Below are positions 61,507 to 64,000 of a DNA stretch of 64,000 nt, piece by piece. The stretch is from the human T2T-CHM13v2.0 reference genome, Homo sapiens. Below the pieces are notes generated by a model, which had not been told where the DNA came from, searched no databases, and saw only the letters and a list, made by a program, of their open reading frames with translations. Numbering within the stretch: the first letter of the stretch is position 1; every line of letters begins with the position of its first letter. Both the position numbers and the translations under genes were made by a program. The stretch lies in NCBI RefSeq assembly GCF_009914755.1, contig NC_060926.1, one strand, 5' to 3'.

Positions 61507-63799
61507 CTGGAAGAAGGAATTTAATAATTTCCAACATTTTTAACCCCTCTGTAAATATAAAGCTCCCTCCCATCGATTTTACATCATTTCCAGGTCATGA
61601 ATAAACTTATGAACCAGAATACTCCTAAGAGCATTACAATTTCTCCACTGACGTTTTAAAACACAAGAACAACAATACAATAAAGAGAAAACTTTATTTT
61701 TAGGTTTGCAAAATCCTGTGTTTATTTTTCTAAAACTGAAGTCAAACAACTGAACCTGCTTTGTTTGGATTTTAGTAAACTTATTCTCTCTTAATCCTGG
61801 GGGACCAAACTCTGCCCAGAAGGAAATGAAGAAAAAGTCCTCCGTGCCCGTGCCATGCTGGAAAGTTAAAACACGGTGCCTCCTTTGGTTTTCTGTTCAG
61901 GCACATCTGAGCCTCCTGCTGCTGGTCACGGTTCACACTGCTGGAGTCATATCATATGACACCTGCCGTATGGCGGGTAGAAGCAAAGGCTGTCAACTGG
62001 CATTCATGTTGAAACTGGTTCAGTGTTTGAACTGCTAACTTCTGCGTGTAATGTTTAAGCAAAAGTGCTTAACCACAAGTTCAGTCTTAATCTCTCAACT
62101 AGCATTAAACCCTAAATGGAAACAGGTTTGTAATTCCTTATAAACATTAAGCCCTTGCGAAAAACCTATTCCAGCAATTTGATTTTTCAATAACAGGGCC
62201 TCCACACAGGCCAACTCTTTCTCTTTTAGTTGGGAAAATATGAGATAAACTTTAAATGTAGAAAAGCCCTTCCCACAATGCAAATGCGCAAAAGTCAGGG
62301 TAGAATAAGCAGGTGTTTTTGTTCTCAAATTCCTCAGGTAAATTTCTTTTTTTCCACTAAACTGACCAACCATAATTAACACTGCTGGGACTGCAAACAG
62401 AAAGAAGTCCTGCCATTAATCCCACTCAACTTAAACTAAGATTTTATTAGTTCACAAAAAAATACTGTTTTCAAAAGGCAACGTTTGTATTTTAACCCTA
62501 ATAATTGACCAAGTAGGTATATAAATTGATTATAACTTCTCCCAATCCTATGGACTCTATGGAGAATTATGTGGCAGATACCATTATTCAACTTTTATGG
62601 CCCACCTCTTCCTGTCAGAGTTCACAGCTGGTTAGTGAAGGCAACAGTGGAAATAATTAAGCACCTTACAAACTCAGACTTAAAACCCAGCTCAACTACG
62701 ACCTCTACTAAGAAATACTCTGCTTCCTTCTCTTTCCTGGCAGTCACTCCCTCCTTCGGGCTCTCCCAGTACTTACTCATCACATCCTATAGGATCCTTT
62801 CCCTATGTCTCCTAACAACTTAGGGCAGGGATCACTTTTGTTAATTTCTATATTGCTAGCAAGTGGGGCAATGCTTGGGACACAGCAGGCCTTCAGATCT
62901 TGTTGCGCAAATAACAACTATGAGGTTACATGCTATGAGGTCTGTAAAAAGAGGGGCAGAAGAAACCACGGCATTTTGCCTTGAAAGAAGCAGAAGGCTT
63001 TTCAAGGAATATTCACACTCACCTTGGAAGCGGAGTGAGATTTAGTACACAAAGATGGGCACTCACAGGAGGGAAGAGCCTCTGCAAGGCAGCAAAGAAT
63101 GGAAGACCAGATGTGCGGAAGACAGCGGTGTATTCAGGAAGCAATCACTGAAGAGTAGACAATGGGAGGAGGCAGGCAGGTTGAGGGTACAGGGCCTATA
63201 TGCCAGGTTAAAGAGGTTTCCATGGAATATTCCAGGCTTTGAGAAGCCCCTGAAGCTATTTCAGGCAGTGACATGAAGACTCATCCCTTTAGAGTCTTTG
63301 GTCAAAAATTATGAAAGATCTGGGTTTTCAAAGAATTTTGTCTACAGATGCCTATTATAGGTTATCTGAAGCTTGTATATATCCTAGGTTACGGACCTGC
63401 CCAACATTTTCTCACATATTTTTATGTATATATTTATATATATATTTCCGTCTATGCTGTTTTATTCCCCAATAGCAGGTGATAAAGGCTCATTTAAACA
63501 CCTAGTGAAATTTTTATATCTGTTTTAATTTTTTTTAAAGGAGGTGAAGAATTTTTTGAAGTGAAAGTTAGAAAAAATACTTAAGATAAATATTCTGAAC
63601 TCCTTTTTCATCGCTGTACTTATATACCAAGATTCTGGAAAGGCAACATCCCATCCCTGCGTCAGTAAGGTTAGACGCTGAGGGCCCACTTAACCTGGAG
63701 GCTTCCCTAAGTGACAAGACTCTCAAACTGGATGATCCAATAGGGAAGGTTCTAAGTCAAGGGACAAAACAAATCTCCTGGCCCTTCAAGTGCTTGGCC

Positions 63800-64000
63800 C
63801 AAGGAAAAGTAACGCCGAGCCCTGCGACTCTGCCAGGTATTTAAAAATGTAAGATAAGGTGATATTTGTGAGCCGGCCAGAAGGCAACGAAAGGCAGAGA
63901 GCAGATCACCGGCAGCCTCGGATTTCACTCTTGCAGCTCGGCCTGAAACAGAGGGAAGCATCGGCCCGGTGCAGGGCAGGAGGCCAGGGCACCCGCTTTC
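63800..64000. promoter_or_regulatory. Edge (shore) of a probable CpG island or promoter lying beyond the window
   Basis: Clear rise in GC and non-Alu CpGs (aacgccgag, gcgact, gccggcc, accggc, ctcgg, tcggcccggtg, cccgc) relative to the CpG-poor window. Confidence 0.55.

Overview
Primate (human-like) non-coding DNA, dense in repeats: about 26 Alu/FLAM copies, a 2.2-kb 5'-truncated L1PA with TSDs, old L1M/L2/MIR fragments, MLT1/ERVL LTRs and MER DNA-transposon relics. It appears to be one large intron of a gene transcribed on the minus strand. Evidence for this is an apparent A-over-T excess on the + strand (judged by eye), several small minus-strand candidate exons, and CpG density rising at the right edge, which suggests a promoter just beyond 64000. 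I could not identify the host gene. The clearest non-repeat feature is absent from the ORF track: a frameshifted processed pseudogene of the splicing factor PHF5A (48795-49697, minus strand, 9-bp TSD). It carries TGT (Cys) at codon 36, the Y36C change known to confer resistance to splicing modulators. Other items worth checking are a cluster of tiny candidate exons (31, 10 and 82 nt), candidate recursive-splice AG|GT sites, two tandem Alu pairs that reused the same target site, and a (GGAA)14 microsatellite. There is no intact protein-coding gene, RNA gene or CRISPR array, and I see no convincing evidence of a new biological system. Repeat subfamily names and old-repeat boundaries were assigned by eye and are approximate.
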